Of a DNA stretch of 64,000 bases, positions 18,946 through 28,542 are shown piece by piece; position 1 is the first letter of the stretch, and each line of letters starts with the position of its first letter. The stretch comes from a virus, in the IMG/VR virus record IMGVR_UViG_3300042451_000817, positions 5,911-69,910 of that record; one strand, 5' to 3'. A program made the translations under genes and the position numbers. The notes beneath the pieces were generated by a model, which worked only from the letters and a program-made list of their open reading frames with translations, was not told the DNA's origin and did not search any database.

Positions 18946-21263
18946 CTAATATTATCTTCTTTTTTAATTTTTATCACATTATCCGCCCAATTTGTAACCA
19001 TCGGATTATGAGTGATTAAGAAGATTTTTTCAAAATATTCCTTTATTTTACTGAAAAATTCTGATACCATATCAAGATTTTCATTAGAAATTTTACCAAA
19101 AACTTCGTCAAATACTACCAAATTTGGTTTTGGTAATGAACATATTTTACTTAAAACCGCTCTTAATGCCAATGACGCTATTGTTCTTTCATAACCTGAA
19201 CCTGAAACCATTAATTTTTCAACTTGAGTATTATTGTCAATCATAATGAATTCAACCTCGTTTTTATCGTTAATTCTAATTTCCAATCTAAAGTGAGCAC
19301 TATTCTCCATCAATCTTTGTAATTCAGAATTTATTAATGGCATCATTGTTCTCATTATCATTTTAGATATCCCATTTTTACCATAAATTTCCAAATAAAT
19401 TTTATAATATTTCTCTTTTATAGATTCTTCGGATATTAATGCTATTTTATTTAGATTCTCCTTTATTTTAATGTTATACGAATTTATCTGTGATAAGTTA
19501 TCATTTATTTTCTTATCCGTTGAATTTTTTTCAAATTCAAGTTCGTCTAACCTAACATTAGCCTTCATTAACAATGAACTTATCTTAGCATTTTCCGCAA
19601 TTTTGTCTTGGACTTCGTAATATTTTTTTAATTTTTCATTTAAGGTGCCAACTTTTAATTGAAACGATTCAATACTTAGTTCATATTTTTCTTTAATAAG
19701 TTTGTTCTTTTCATACTCATCAAACTCTTTTTTAAGTTTAACAAACTCAATATCTTTGCGTGATAAATCCTGCATTAACCCTTCAATTTGGGTTTTATGC
19801 GTGATAAATCCTGCAAGTTCATTAATCTTGTTTTGAGTAATAGCCGCGTTCATTAACTCAATACCACAATGTTCACATTTAATACCACCACTAACCGACT
19901 CTTGAAGTTCCTCAATATCTTTTATCTTTGTCTCAACCTCTATCTTATTTTTAAGTTGGATGTTATACTCTTCCTTAATTTTATCGTGTTTATCTTCGTG
20001 ATAAAATTCTGATGGTTCAACTACTTTTAATTCTTTTAAAAGTTTTTCGGTAGAATCTTTTTTGGAATCAAGTCCTTTAATCTCCTCTTTAATTTCTTCA
20101 GGTTTTAAAAGACTAATTTCTTTATCAATGTCATCGTTCTTTTTACTTAATAATTGGTCTCGATATTCTTTACCCTTACCTAATCTTTCATTAATATCCT
20201 TTAAATTATTATTCAACTCATCATTTGAATTTTTTAACTCAATAATGTTATTTTCAAATGTCTCATTATCCGACTTTAATTTTTCACTACTATAAACATT
20301 TGATATCATTGATTTTGAGAAATCAGAATATAGTTCTTTTCCGACCTCTTCTTTTCTTTTTAAGAAGTCTAATCCCATAAACCTAGATAATACCTGTCCT
20401 CTTGCGGTGGGTTTTGAATCGATTAAATCTTCAAGGTTTGTTGCGGTTGTTAAGATAGTCATTAAGAAATCTTCTTTAGAGCCGATAGAAGTTTTGATGA
20501 ATTCCTCAGTTTCTCTTCTTTGTTCACCTGTGAAGTTTTGTAAAGACCCATCGGATAACTTTTTAAAGAAATCCAATTCGGTCTTTACACTCCATTCATT
20601 TGATTTTGATTTTTTTCTCTCTAATTGTCTTACTATTATATATTCTTCACCATCAATAGTAATCTCACCTTTAACAAAAACCTTATTCTTGTCTGTAAAT
20701 CTATTAAAGATTTCTTCTGCCTTAGTTGTCTTTGTGGTTTCATTAAAGAAAAGAAAAAGTAGTAGGTCAACCGTTAGAACCGTCTTACCTCCAAAATTAG
20801 GTGGGTTAGATTCTACAACATTTATCCCACTACATTTATCAAAATCTATTTTTTGATTTTCACCATAAGATAAAAAGTTTGAAAACTCAATGTTTTTAAT
20901 ATACCATTTTTTAAATGGTGTTGCTTCATTGTCTTCTAAAGATATTTTATTATCAACTAAAGAATCTATCTTTACAATCTCATCAATTAAATCTTCGTTA
21001 CCCTTAGATATTAGATATGATTTAACCAATTCAAGTTGGTAATTCTTATCGAGAATGTTAAAAGAAATATCTACATTAGTATTTTCAGTTTCCTCAGTTT
21101 TCTTTGTCTTTGTAATTACATTAACATTAGTTGAGTTGTATTTTTTCTGAAAATAATGTCTAACACTTTTAATTTTTTCTTGTGTGAAATTTTCTGAATA
21201 ATCTTCCCAAATAACTCGAATGTAGGGATTATCTAAAGTCGTATAGTCCAATTCTTTACTCAT
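18930..21263 (-). CDS. SbcC/Rad50/T4 gp46-like recombination ATPase
   Basis: 'IEFSNFLSYG', Walker A 'NFGGKT', coiled coil, Zn hook CEHC, 'SGSGYE', 'FDEVFG', 'ITH'; likely start MSKELD at 21263. Confidence 0.92.
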   Translation of the reverse strand: MSKELDYTTLDNPYIRVIWEDYSENFTQEKIKSVRHYFQKKYNSTNVNVITKTKKTEETENTNVDISFNILDKNYQLELVKSYLISKGNEDLIDEIVKIDSLVDNKISLEDNEATPFKKWYIKNIEFSNFLSYGENQKIDFDKCSGINVVESNPPNFGGKTVLTVDLLLFLFFNETTKTTKAEEIFNRFTDKNKVFVKGEITIDGEEYIIVRQLERKKSKSNEWSVKTELDFFKKLSDGSLQNFTGEQRRETEEFIKTSIGSKEDFLMTILTTATNLEDLIDSKPTARGQVLSRFMGLDFLKRKEEVGKELYSDFSKSMISNVYSSEKLKSDNETFENNIIELKNSNDELNNNLKDINERLGKGKEYRDQLLSKKNDDIDKEISLLKPEEIKEEIKGLDSKKDSTEKLLKELKVVEPSEFYHEDKHDKIKEEYNIQLKNKIEVETKIKDIEELQESVSGGIKCEHCGIELMNAAITQNKINELAGFITHKTQIEGLMQDLSRKDIEFVKLKKEFDEYEKNKLIKEKYELSIESFQLKVGTLNEKLKKYYEVQDKIAENAKISSLLMKANVRLDELEFEKNSTDKKINDNLSQINSYNIKIKENLNKIALISEESIKEKYYKIYLEIYGKNGISKMIMRTMMPLINSELQRLMENSAHFRLEIRINDKNEVEFIMIDNNTQVEKLMVSGSGYERTIASLALRAVLSKICSLPKPNLVVFDEVFGKISNENLDMVSEFFSKIKEYFEKIFLITHNPMVTNWADNVIKIKKEDNISLVDQ

Positions 21264-21300
21264 TATCTTATAATTAAATTCAACAGGTTTTAAAAACAAA

Positions 21301-21525
21301 TTAAGCTGATTCGGATCCTTCTGTTGTTTGTGTTTCTTCAGTCGTTTCATCATTAGACTTAGCAGCTTCTTGCTCCATTTTTTCTTTGAGTAGGGTCATT
21401 TGTTCTTCAAGTAATTTACTATACTTCTTCTCAAATTGTTTTTTCATAAGCCCCATTTTTTCGTTTCTTTTCTGAACTCTTTTTCTGTGAGCCTTAGCCC
21501 CTCCTCTTAATCTTGATTTTGCCAT
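21301..21525 (-). CDS. Small basic hypothetical protein
   Basis: 74 aa, 'MAKSRLRGGAKAHRKRV'. Confidence 0.65.
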   Translation of the reverse strand: MAKSRLRGGAKAHRKRVQKRNEKMGLMKKQFEKKYSKLLEEQMTLLKEKMEQEAAKSNDETTEETQTTEGSESA

Positions 21526-21536
21526 CTTATTTATAT

Positions 21537-21893
21537 TTAGTTGTTATTATTTGGTCTATTTTCTTCAAACCACTCAATTATCGAATTTATCGCCCATACC
21601 GCTCCAGATGATAAAATACCATCAAAAAACCAAGAACACCACAAAGGTAGTAAAAATAAATTATGTGTGGGAGAATAAATCAATAAACTTAACACAAAAC
21701 CGCTCCAAGTGGAAAAACACATAGGACAACTTAATATTCCCGATATAAAAATCCCAACTCCTTGGAATGATGCAAATGAACTAGACCCCCATCTGTTAAA
21801 AAAATCCCTAAATCCTTGGAATATACTTCCAAATACCATTATGTTCATAAGTCCGTAACTTAAAATGAACCAAACTATTAATTTTGTTATCAT
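21537..21893 (-). CDS. DUF1360-like membrane protein
   Basis: TM helices with 'LSCPMCFSTW'. Confidence 0.65.
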   Translation of the reverse strand: MITKLIVWFILSYGLMNIMVFGSIFQGFRDFFNRWGSSSFASFQGVGIFISGILSCPMCFSTWSGFVLSLLIYSPTHNLFLLPLWCSWFFDGILSSGAVWAINSIIEWFEENRPNNNN

Positions 21894-21898
21894 ATTGT

Positions 21899-22534
21899 TT
21901 AATCTTTATATAAATTGGAGCTTCTCATATATACAGCCCCTTGGTTTATTGTTAAATTTTCTAATTGTTTTATTTTTTCTTCAAGTTCACTAATCTTTTG
22001 AGTTTTCAAAGTTAGTTCTTTTTTCTGATTCAACAAAGTATTTTGCAACATTTTTATTTTTTCATCTGAATCATTACTAGGAACTTCTTTTATTATTTCC
22101 TTAATAACCTCTTTTTCTACAGGAACTTCAACTATTTTCTCAACTTCTTTAATTACTTCTTTCTCTATGATTTGAGGTTCAGTTTTGTCGTAAATATATT
22201 CTATTTTTGAGACAATTTTTTCAACAGGAACTTCCTTAATTACTTCTTTATCAACATATTTTATCACTTCAACTTCTTTAATCGTTTCAACAATTCTATC
22301 AACAGGGACTTCAACTATTTTCTCAACCTCAACAATCTTTTCTACGACTTCAGGTTTGACTTGGGGTGGTGTTTCTCCACCCAACATTCCGTATTTTTGA
22401 ATGTCAAACCCTTGTTTAAAACATTTATTAACAAACGAATTCATATCAATTATCTGATTAAGATAACAATAATCATAAACTTCTTTAAAGTTTTTTAACT
22501 CTATTTTAAATGTTTGCGAGTTTTTCTGTTCCAT
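21899..22534 (-). CDS. Protein with VEK/VPV repeats and C-terminal coiled coil
   Basis: 'VEKIVEVEKIVEVPVDRIVE...KEVIKEVPVEKIV' repeats. Confidence 0.7.
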   Translation of the reverse strand: MEQKNSQTFKIELKNFKEVYDYCYLNQIIDMNSFVNKCFKQGFDIQKYGMLGGETPPQVKPEVVEKIVEVEKIVEVPVDRIVETIKEVEVIKYVDKEVIKEVPVEKIVSKIEYIYDKTEPQIIEKEVIKEVEKIVEVPVEKEVIKEIIKEVPSNDSDEKIKMLQNTLLNQKKELTLKTQKISELEEKIKQLENLTINQGAVYMRSSNLYKD

Positions 22535-23288
22535 TTATAATATCATCGAAAGAATTTATATTGAAAGATAGGAATGGTTTTGGATTAGACAAATTTCTTG
22601 TTTCGTAAATTAATGTTTGAATGTTTAATATTCCGTATCCGTGATTATATATGTCTTCTCCATAGTTTTGTTGTATTACCGATCCAATCATTTCACCTTT
22701 TTTACCGTTAGGTATTGTAAAACTACTTCTCTTATGGATGTCTCCACATAATACAATGTCAAGTCCTTTAAACTTTTCAACATCATAAGCATGGTCTCCA
22801 AAGTCATAACCTAAATCAGTTTTAAGTCCTTGGACAGGTCCGTGAAATAATCCAACTTTAACACCTTTAGCTTCAGATATTTCTGGAGGTATATTCCCTT
22901 GAAACTGGGAATACACGCACCAAGAAACATTTTCATCCTCATAGACACCCCTATCTTTGTAATAAACAACATTTGGGTTTTTCATTGATTCAACGATTGG
23001 TGTTATACTATCAAGTCTTTGATTGTTATTAACAAGCCCATCGTGATTTCCGAAAATTAATATTGTTTTACTAATCTTAGAACATTCACTTAATAACCAA
23101 ACCGAAATTTCAATTAATTCAGGTGTAAGTTGATTTTTAGAATGTAATAAATCACCAGTAAACAATATCCTATCAGGATTTATCTCTCTAAACTGATTTA
23201 ACATATCGGTTAATATTTTACGATACAAATCGTGATCCTTAAATAACCTCAAATGTAAATCTGAAAAGTGAACAATTTTTTTAATCAT
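22506..23288 (-). CDS. SbcD/Mre11/T4 gp47-like metallophosphoesterase nuclease
   Basis: DLH, GD, GNHD, HG, GDIH motifs; 'GSVIQQNYGE'. Confidence 0.9.
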   Translation of the reverse strand: MIKKIVHFSDLHLRLFKDHDLYRKILTDMLNQFREINPDRILFTGDLLHSKNQLTPELIEISVWLLSECSKISKTILIFGNHDGLVNNNQRLDSITPIVESMKNPNVVYYKDRGVYEDENVSWCVYSQFQGNIPPEISEAKGVKVGLFHGPVQGLKTDLGYDFGDHAYDVEKFKGLDIVLCGDIHKRSSFTIPNGKKGEMIGSVIQQNYGEDIYNHGYGILNIQTLIYETRNLSNPKPFLSFNINSFDDIINGTEKLANI

Positions 23289-23293
23289 AAGTT

Positions 23294-23509
23294 TTAGAAT
23301 AAATCAAAATCTTTGTTAACGTGACCACAACTATTACACATATAAGTTGGGAACGGCACTAGTGTATCTTCGCTACTTCCAGTCATTAATTTTGATACTT
23401 TCTTAATTAAAACAACTTCTTTAAAGAATTTTGACCCACATTCAGGGTTTTCACAAACAACGGTTGGTTGTTCTTTTAAATCTATTTTAGGTCCTCCTAT
23501 ATTTTCCAT
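23294..23509 (-). CDS. Small zinc-ribbon protein
   Basis: 'CENPECG' and 'CNSCGH'. Confidence 0.75.
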   Translation of the reverse strand: MENIGGPKIDLKEQPTVVCENPECGSKFFKEVVLIKKVSKLMTGSSEDTLVPFPTYMCNSCGHVNKDFDLF

Positions 23510-23513
23510 AACA

Positions 23514-23545
23514 CAAATATATAAATTTATTTCTTACTTGTCAAA
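23514..23545 (-). promoter_or_regulatory. Bacteroidota-type promoter
   Basis: TTTGACA...TATATTTG with N20 spacing from TTTG on the minus strand. Confidence 0.7.
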
Positions 23546-24393
23546 TATTTTTTAACGTCCATATCTAATACGGTACCTACAACTTCTTTAGGGACTCTGT
23601 ATTCTTCAAATTGTGAATCATCTTTTAAATGAACGATTATACAACCATATAATTTTTTATCTTCAAATTTTGTTCCTTTTAACATTTTAAGTAATAATTT
23701 TCCGTATAATGGTAATTGTACGAAGTAATGACCTAAAGCGTTGTTTGGTTGATTGGTAAATGGATAATACATTCTTTTAGTGAACTGATTTTCCTCAAAA
23801 TTTTTCTTTTTGTTTGTTTTGTAATCTGTAATTATAAACCCCCAATCATCATTTGTTTTATTTTTGATTAGCCAAGCAGTATCTCCCTGTCCGGTATATC
23901 CAAGTTCAGGGTCACCTAATACAATCTCAGTATCTAATAAAACCGCTCCTCGTTCTTTCATTAAATTAAGAAAGTTAGTCCCCGCATGAATCATAGAATC
24001 ACTTTTTAATATTTGAGTAAAATCGCACTCAAATATTGGTTGTCTAATAAGTTTCATATAATCAAACAACTCTAAAGATTTTTTTTCTAACATAAAATGA
24101 ACTCTACTACCCATATTAGTTGAGTATGTCCCTGCTTCCGCCCATTCTTTAATTAACTTTTCTTTTAAAACAGGGTCTCCCTTACTTTTCTTTTCTGCGG
24201 CGTCATCTGTTGGGAATTCTTGGTAGAAAGATTTTAAAACCTTTGAAACTGAAGGCCAGTCACCTTTAATGACTCCTTTAGTGTCTCTCATACTATACTT
24301 ATGTAATTCTTCCTCAAATGTGAGGTCTAGGTTGTCTCTTCTTTTTTGTAAAATTTCCCTAATTTCTTGTGCAATAATTTTTAAATCCATCAA
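23527..24393 (-). CDS. PD-(D/E)XK exonuclease (Cas4/RecB-like)
   Basis: 'SVSKVL', 'GSRVH', 'TEIV', 'GQGD', 'DYKT', 'QLPLY'. Confidence 0.85.
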   Translation of the reverse strand: MMDLKIIAQEIREILQKRRDNLDLTFEEELHKYSMRDTKGVIKGDWPSVSKVLKSFYQEFPTDDAAEKKSKGDPVLKEKLIKEWAEAGTYSTNMGSRVHFMLEKKSLELFDYMKLIRQPIFECDFTQILKSDSMIHAGTNFLNLMKERGAVLLDTEIVLGDPELGYTGQGDTAWLIKNKTNDDWGFIITDYKTNKKKNFEENQFTKRMYYPFTNQPNNALGHYFVQLPLYGKLLLKMLKGTKFEDKKLYGCIIVHLKDDSQFEEYRVPKEVVGTVLDMDVKKYLTSKK

Positions 24394-25289
24394 TCTTTAA
24401 TATTAACATAATAGTCATTAATCTCACCTTTTAAATCACAAACATCTTTATCATCCATTAATTTTATTATTTTTATCCTACCATATAACTCTCCACCATT
24501 CAATTCGTGATAAAGTTTTTTCGCGTTTTCCCACGCATCAGCATCTAAACAAATAATAATATTCCCTTTGGATTTATTATATAGATTCTCAAATAAAAGT
24601 GACGACATATGTTTCCCCAACATTGGAATTGAATTCGGTAAAAATAGTCCGTCAAAAACGCCTTCGACAAGATGTATGTCTTCATTCCAATTAATATGAT
24701 TTTCCCAAAATATAATTTTGTCTTTTTCTTCTTGCGGATTTTTGTATTTGGCTCGCGATTTTGGATCCCAACTTCTGGCGATATAATAATTTAATTCATC
24801 CTCATTATTATATGATGGAACAACTATCCTACCCGAATGAGAACCACTATCACAAAAACCGATATCATACTTTTCTATCATACCATCAGTAATACCTCTA
24901 CTTTTTAGGTAATTATACGCCTGTTTTCTCACGGGATATATTGGACTTGAGTCTGAAAATTTAACGAATGATTCAGGTAATTTTAATTTAACCTTTTTTA
25001 CTTCTTTAATTTGTACGGTTTCAGGCTTTAAAATACCATACATTTTTTTTTGTTTTTTATTACCGAATTTATCAAATAATTTACCTAAAGTTCCGTGAGT
25101 ACCGTCACTATCCCCGCAAGACCAACAATGAAATACAGATTTATCGATATTAATCTCAAGATTACCTTTATTTTTACCTTCGTCACATATTGGGCAGTTC
25201 CAAGAAACCTGAGATTGATTCTCATATATTTTTTTTGGTCTCCCTAAAAATTCACTTATTAAATCAACAACGCTTTGAAATTCGTCCAT
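24390..25289 (-). CDS. DNA primase (Zn-binding plus TOPRIM)
   Basis: CPIC...HCWSC, 'YLKSRGI', 'KYKNP', 'VEGVFD', 'LDADA', 'KDVCD'. Confidence 0.92.
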   Translation of the reverse strand: MDEFQSVVDLISEFLGRPKKIYENQSQVSWNCPICDEGKNKGNLEINIDKSVFHCWSCGDSDGTHGTLGKLFDKFGNKKQKKMYGILKPETVQIKEVKKVKLKLPESFVKFSDSSPIYPVRKQAYNYLKSRGITDGMIEKYDIGFCDSGSHSGRIVVPSYNNEDELNYYIARSWDPKSRAKYKNPQEEKDKIIFWENHINWNEDIHLVEGVFDGLFLPNSIPMLGKHMSSLLFENLYNKSKGNIIICLDADAWENAKKLYHELNGGELYGRIKIIKLMDDKDVCDLKGEINDYYVNIKD

Positions 25290-25369
25290 ATCTAAAATAT
25301 AGTAAAAAATATTAATATTTCAAACTTCACAAGATTTTTCATTCTTCTATATTTATTAATGATAAATAA

Positions 25370-25603
25370 ATGCCGGTACAAATAACCATAAATTCAATAA
25401 CTGGATTGTCTCCATACGATGTATATTTGTGCGACGACCCAATTACTAGTTGTTTTTATATAGACACTATAACAACTGGTTCAATACCTTATGTGTTTAA
25501 TGTTCCCGCAATTGTTGAAGATAATCTCTCATTCAATTTAAAAATTGTGGATAGTAATGAGTGTGAGTTTTACACATATTTAATAGTTAGCGGATTATGG
25601 TAA
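25370..25603 (+). CDS. Small Cys-containing beta protein, paralog of 34164..34385
   Basis: 'ITINSITGLSPYDVYLCD...C..I.TITT...FNVP...LKIVDSNEC'. Confidence 0.75.
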   Translation: MPVQITINSITGLSPYDVYLCDDPITSCFYIDTITTGSIPYVFNVPAIVEDNLSFNLKIVDSNECEFYTYLIVSGLW

Positions 25604-27921
25604 CAACAGGATGTTCGTCAACATATTGTATACAAGGAACTAATTCCATATTGGATGATGTTTATAGTGCTAACACAGGTTCAACGGTACCATCATATAA
25701 TGGTGAGTTATATTGGACAGGTTCAAGTAATGGTTATTTCATATATTATAAAAGTGCAACAACTCAATGGTGTTTATCAACGGCTTTGGGTGGAACTTGT
25801 TTATTATCAGGACCATCACCATCACCTAATAGTTGTCCTAATTTATCTCCATTTTTATTTAGTGAGGGAGATTGTCCGACAACCACGACAACAACAACTA
25901 ATCCTTGTAATGATTTTGACTTTGACGCATATTTTGATTGTTATGTTCCGCCTACAACAACTACTACATCAACTTCAACAACAACCACAACAACCACAAT
26001 ACCTCCTACCATATGTGTTGGTGTTGGTGTTGACGCGATAGCTGAATATGTTGATCCAATTCCAACATCAACTACAACCACATCTACAACCACAATCGCT
26101 CCTGTAGTCAGAGATTGTATATTTTTTGGTGATGTTACTTTTAATACTATAAATTCTATTATTGAATGTCCCGCTCTTGATGGTGATCCTCTTAGTGAAC
26201 AATTTCAAGATTGTTTTACTGGTGAATTATTATACGCCCCAATTCCAATTGCGACTCCAAGTGGAGACACTATAACTAAATTTATGATTTTTAGGTCAAT
26301 AGTTAATGGAGAATCAAGATGTATATCCTATTTAGGTCAAAATACTTGTAATACCGGTGTTAATAATATTGTGTTAATTGAAGGGCCTATTGGTTACTCT
26401 AACTTGGGCGATTGTGATAAATGTATACCACCAACAACTACCACCACAACAACAATTCCAATAGAATTTTGTGTATTAGGTACTGAAGATTTTAATTTTA
26501 TTTCTAGCGAACTTGAGGAATACTTATTTGAAGTGCCTTGTTATTCTTCCACGACAACTACCACCACAACTTCTCCATCTTGTTCTTGTCCTGAAGGTTA
26601 TACTTTACTACCTGACGGAGTTACCTGTGAAGAGATATTAGAAGAATTAGCAACTCCACCATTAAATCCAAGAATAATAGGGGTTAATTATGAAGATTAT
26701 CCTGCAACAAATGGTGGTCGTTTAGGTTTATTAGTTTATGAAGAAATAACCAATAAAGGATGGCCTATTTTTGGTTTACCTAATATACAGACAGGTTCTC
26801 CATCATTAAATAGTGCAACTCCAAGTAGTTTATCAATAATACCTGTTAGTGGTTATACCAATCAAGGTATTCTATACAATTCGTTATCACCATCGTCACT
26901 TCCGAACACCCCTCACGCATCTTTAAATTATCCTTTCGGATATTGGCCAGTACCTTATCCACCAACCAATAACCCACCTAATACACCTAATTTAGGTTTA
27001 GTCGGTAATCCACAAAGTTTGTCTTACTTAGCTGAAAGTTTTGTTAATTCAGGAGTTTTAAATCTTGGCAGCGGTAGTTCTATTAATATAGAATATAATA
27101 GATACGACGCAATAAATTTATTATGGGGTAAATATTCTGTATCGGGTTCTTGGGCTTCTCAAGTCGGAGTTTGGTCTGACGCACCATCACCACCTAATAC
27201 TAGTCCTTTATACGTATTAGCAAACACTTGGATAGGTATAACTCAATGTATAGAAATACCTGAAAGTAAAAAATATTATATATTAGTAAATGCCAATAAC
27301 GCAGTTAGAATCACTATTAATGGGTTACTTGCCGTAGAACTTAATAATGGTGATGGTGAAAAACAAGCTTTAGCATTTGTGAATTGTTTCCCAATAAGTC
27401 TGTCGGCCGGTACTTCAATAATTAATGTTGAGGGTGGTAACTATTTCGGTGGAGGTAATTTAGCCTTTGAATTATTAGACATACCTATAGACGATTTATT
27501 ATCCGCGACAACATATTCGAGTATTGAACCATATGTAATATTCTCAACAAAACAAAAAAGACCTAGAGCTTTTGATATTAATTTTATTAGTGGTAGTACC
27601 ACAATAACATCATCGAGTAATTTTTCGACTAATGATGTCGGAGCATTTGTTCAATTCCCTTCTTTTGTTTATTCTGGAACATATATAACCCAAGTTATTG
27701 ATTCAAGTACCGCAATAATTAATTCAGGAGCAACCGCAACAGGTTTAGGAGTTGCGGGAGTCGCTAACGGATCATCAACAGGTAGAATTTATTTCATATT
27801 TGATACGGGTCAATTATTTGCCAGTGGATTACCTCAAGGATTTACTTGTCCGGCAGGTTATACATATGTAAATTGTGGAGGCCCAACTTGTTTAAGTGTT
27901 TCTAGAGTTAATTGTACTTAA
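25597..27921 (+). CDS. Cys-rich, poly-Thr putative virion adhesin with EGF-like and PA14-like domains
   Basis: Five Thr tracts, 'CSCPEGYTLLPDGVTC', 'WIGITQCIEIPESKKYYILVNANNAVRITING...PISLSAG'; no signal peptide. Confidence 0.7.
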   Translation: MVTTGCSSTYCIQGTNSILDDVYSANTGSTVPSYNGELYWTGSSNGYFIYYKSATTQWCLSTALGGTCLLSGPSPSPNSCPNLSPFLFSEGDCPTTTTTTTNPCNDFDFDAYFDCYVPPTTTTTSTSTTTTTTTIPPTICVGVGVDAIAEYVDPIPTSTTTTSTTTIAPVVRDCIFFGDVTFNTINSIIECPALDGDPLSEQFQDCFTGELLYAPIPIATPSGDTITKFMIFRSIVNGESRCISYLGQNTCNTGVNNIVLIEGPIGYSNLGDCDKCIPPTTTTTTTIPIEFCVLGTEDFNFISSELEEYLFEVPCYSSTTTTTTTSPSCSCPEGYTLLPDGVTCEEILEELATPPLNPRIIGVNYEDYPATNGGRLGLLVYEEITNKGWPIFGLPNIQTGSPSLNSATPSSLSIIPVSGYTNQGILYNSLSPSSLPNTPHASLNYPFGYWPVPYPPTNNPPNTPNLGLVGNPQSLSYLAESFVNSGVLNLGSGSSINIEYNRYDAINLLWGKYSVSGSWASQVGVWSDAPSPPNTSPLYVLANTWIGITQCIEIPESKKYYILVNANNAVRITINGLLAVELNNGDGEKQALAFVNCFPISLSAGTSIINVEGGNYFGGGNLAFELLDIPIDDLLSATTYSSIEPYVIFSTKQKRPRAFDINFISGSTTITSSSNFSTNDVGAFVQFPSFVYSGTYITQVIDSSTAIINSGATATGLGVAGVANGSSTGRIYFIFDTGQLFASGLPQGFTCPAGYTYVNCGGPTCLSVSRVNCT

Positions 27922-27956
27922 AAAAAATGGTGACAAAATAATCACCAAATTTTTTC
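27921..27956. terminator. Hairpin between convergent genes
   Basis: A-tract-TGGTGA-CAAAATAA-TCACCA-T-tract. Confidence 0.5.
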
Positions 27957-28541
27957 TTGTTTCATATAACCTAAAACACAACAATAAGCATCGGATTGGT
28001 CGAAATTTTCTTTTTTAAGAGTATTGTTTTTGGTATATTGCCATTGTATTTGAGGTTCTCTTTTAGCAACTAAATCCCAAATTATTTGTTTTTTATCACA
28101 ATCTTTTGGATAACCTCCAAATAATACAAACTTACCCTTTTGATTTTGTTGAACCAAATGTGGGAAAGCATTTTTTCTTGAATTATACGTTGATATGAAT
28201 TCAGGAACAATACCTAAAGAATCGTAAATGAGTTTACATAGAAAACTATTGAACCTTAATAAGGTTTGTATTGTGTAGATATTGTTAGAATTAAGTAAAG
28301 GCTCTTCTATAATAACCTTAGTAATACCTAAATCAGTATATTGTATTAATTTTGTTTTAAAAATGTCACTCTTTAAAAGAAGTTCTTTAATTTTATCTTC
28401 TTCTTTTGGTTTTGGTTTAGGGGAAATGTGAGTTAATTCTAATAATTCTTTTGTTTGAATATCGAATAATGCCCAACCAATGGTGCTAGTGGAAATGTCA
28501 AGTCCTAATACTTTAGGACTTTGCTTTAAATTTTTTCTCAT
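27942..28541 (-). CDS. RuvC-like Holliday junction resolvase
   Basis: 'LGLDISTSTIGW', 'IIEEP', 'DQSDA'. Confidence 0.85.
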   Translation of the reverse strand: MRKNLKQSPKVLGLDISTSTIGWALFDIQTKELLELTHISPKPKPKEEDKIKELLLKSDIFKTKLIQYTDLGITKVIIEEPLLNSNNIYTIQTLLRFNSFLCKLIYDSLGIVPEFISTYNSRKNAFPHLVQQNQKGKFVLFGGYPKDCDKKQIIWDLVAKREPQIQWQYTKNNTLKKENFDQSDAYCCVLGYMKQEKIW

Positions 28542-28542
28542 A

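Noticed and set aside
23527-24393. Cas4-like nuclease as a sign of a CRISPR-Cas system
   Set aside because: No repeat-spacer array or other cas genes seen; no Fe-S Cys cluster; stand-alone PD-(D/E)XK nucleases are common in phage replication modules
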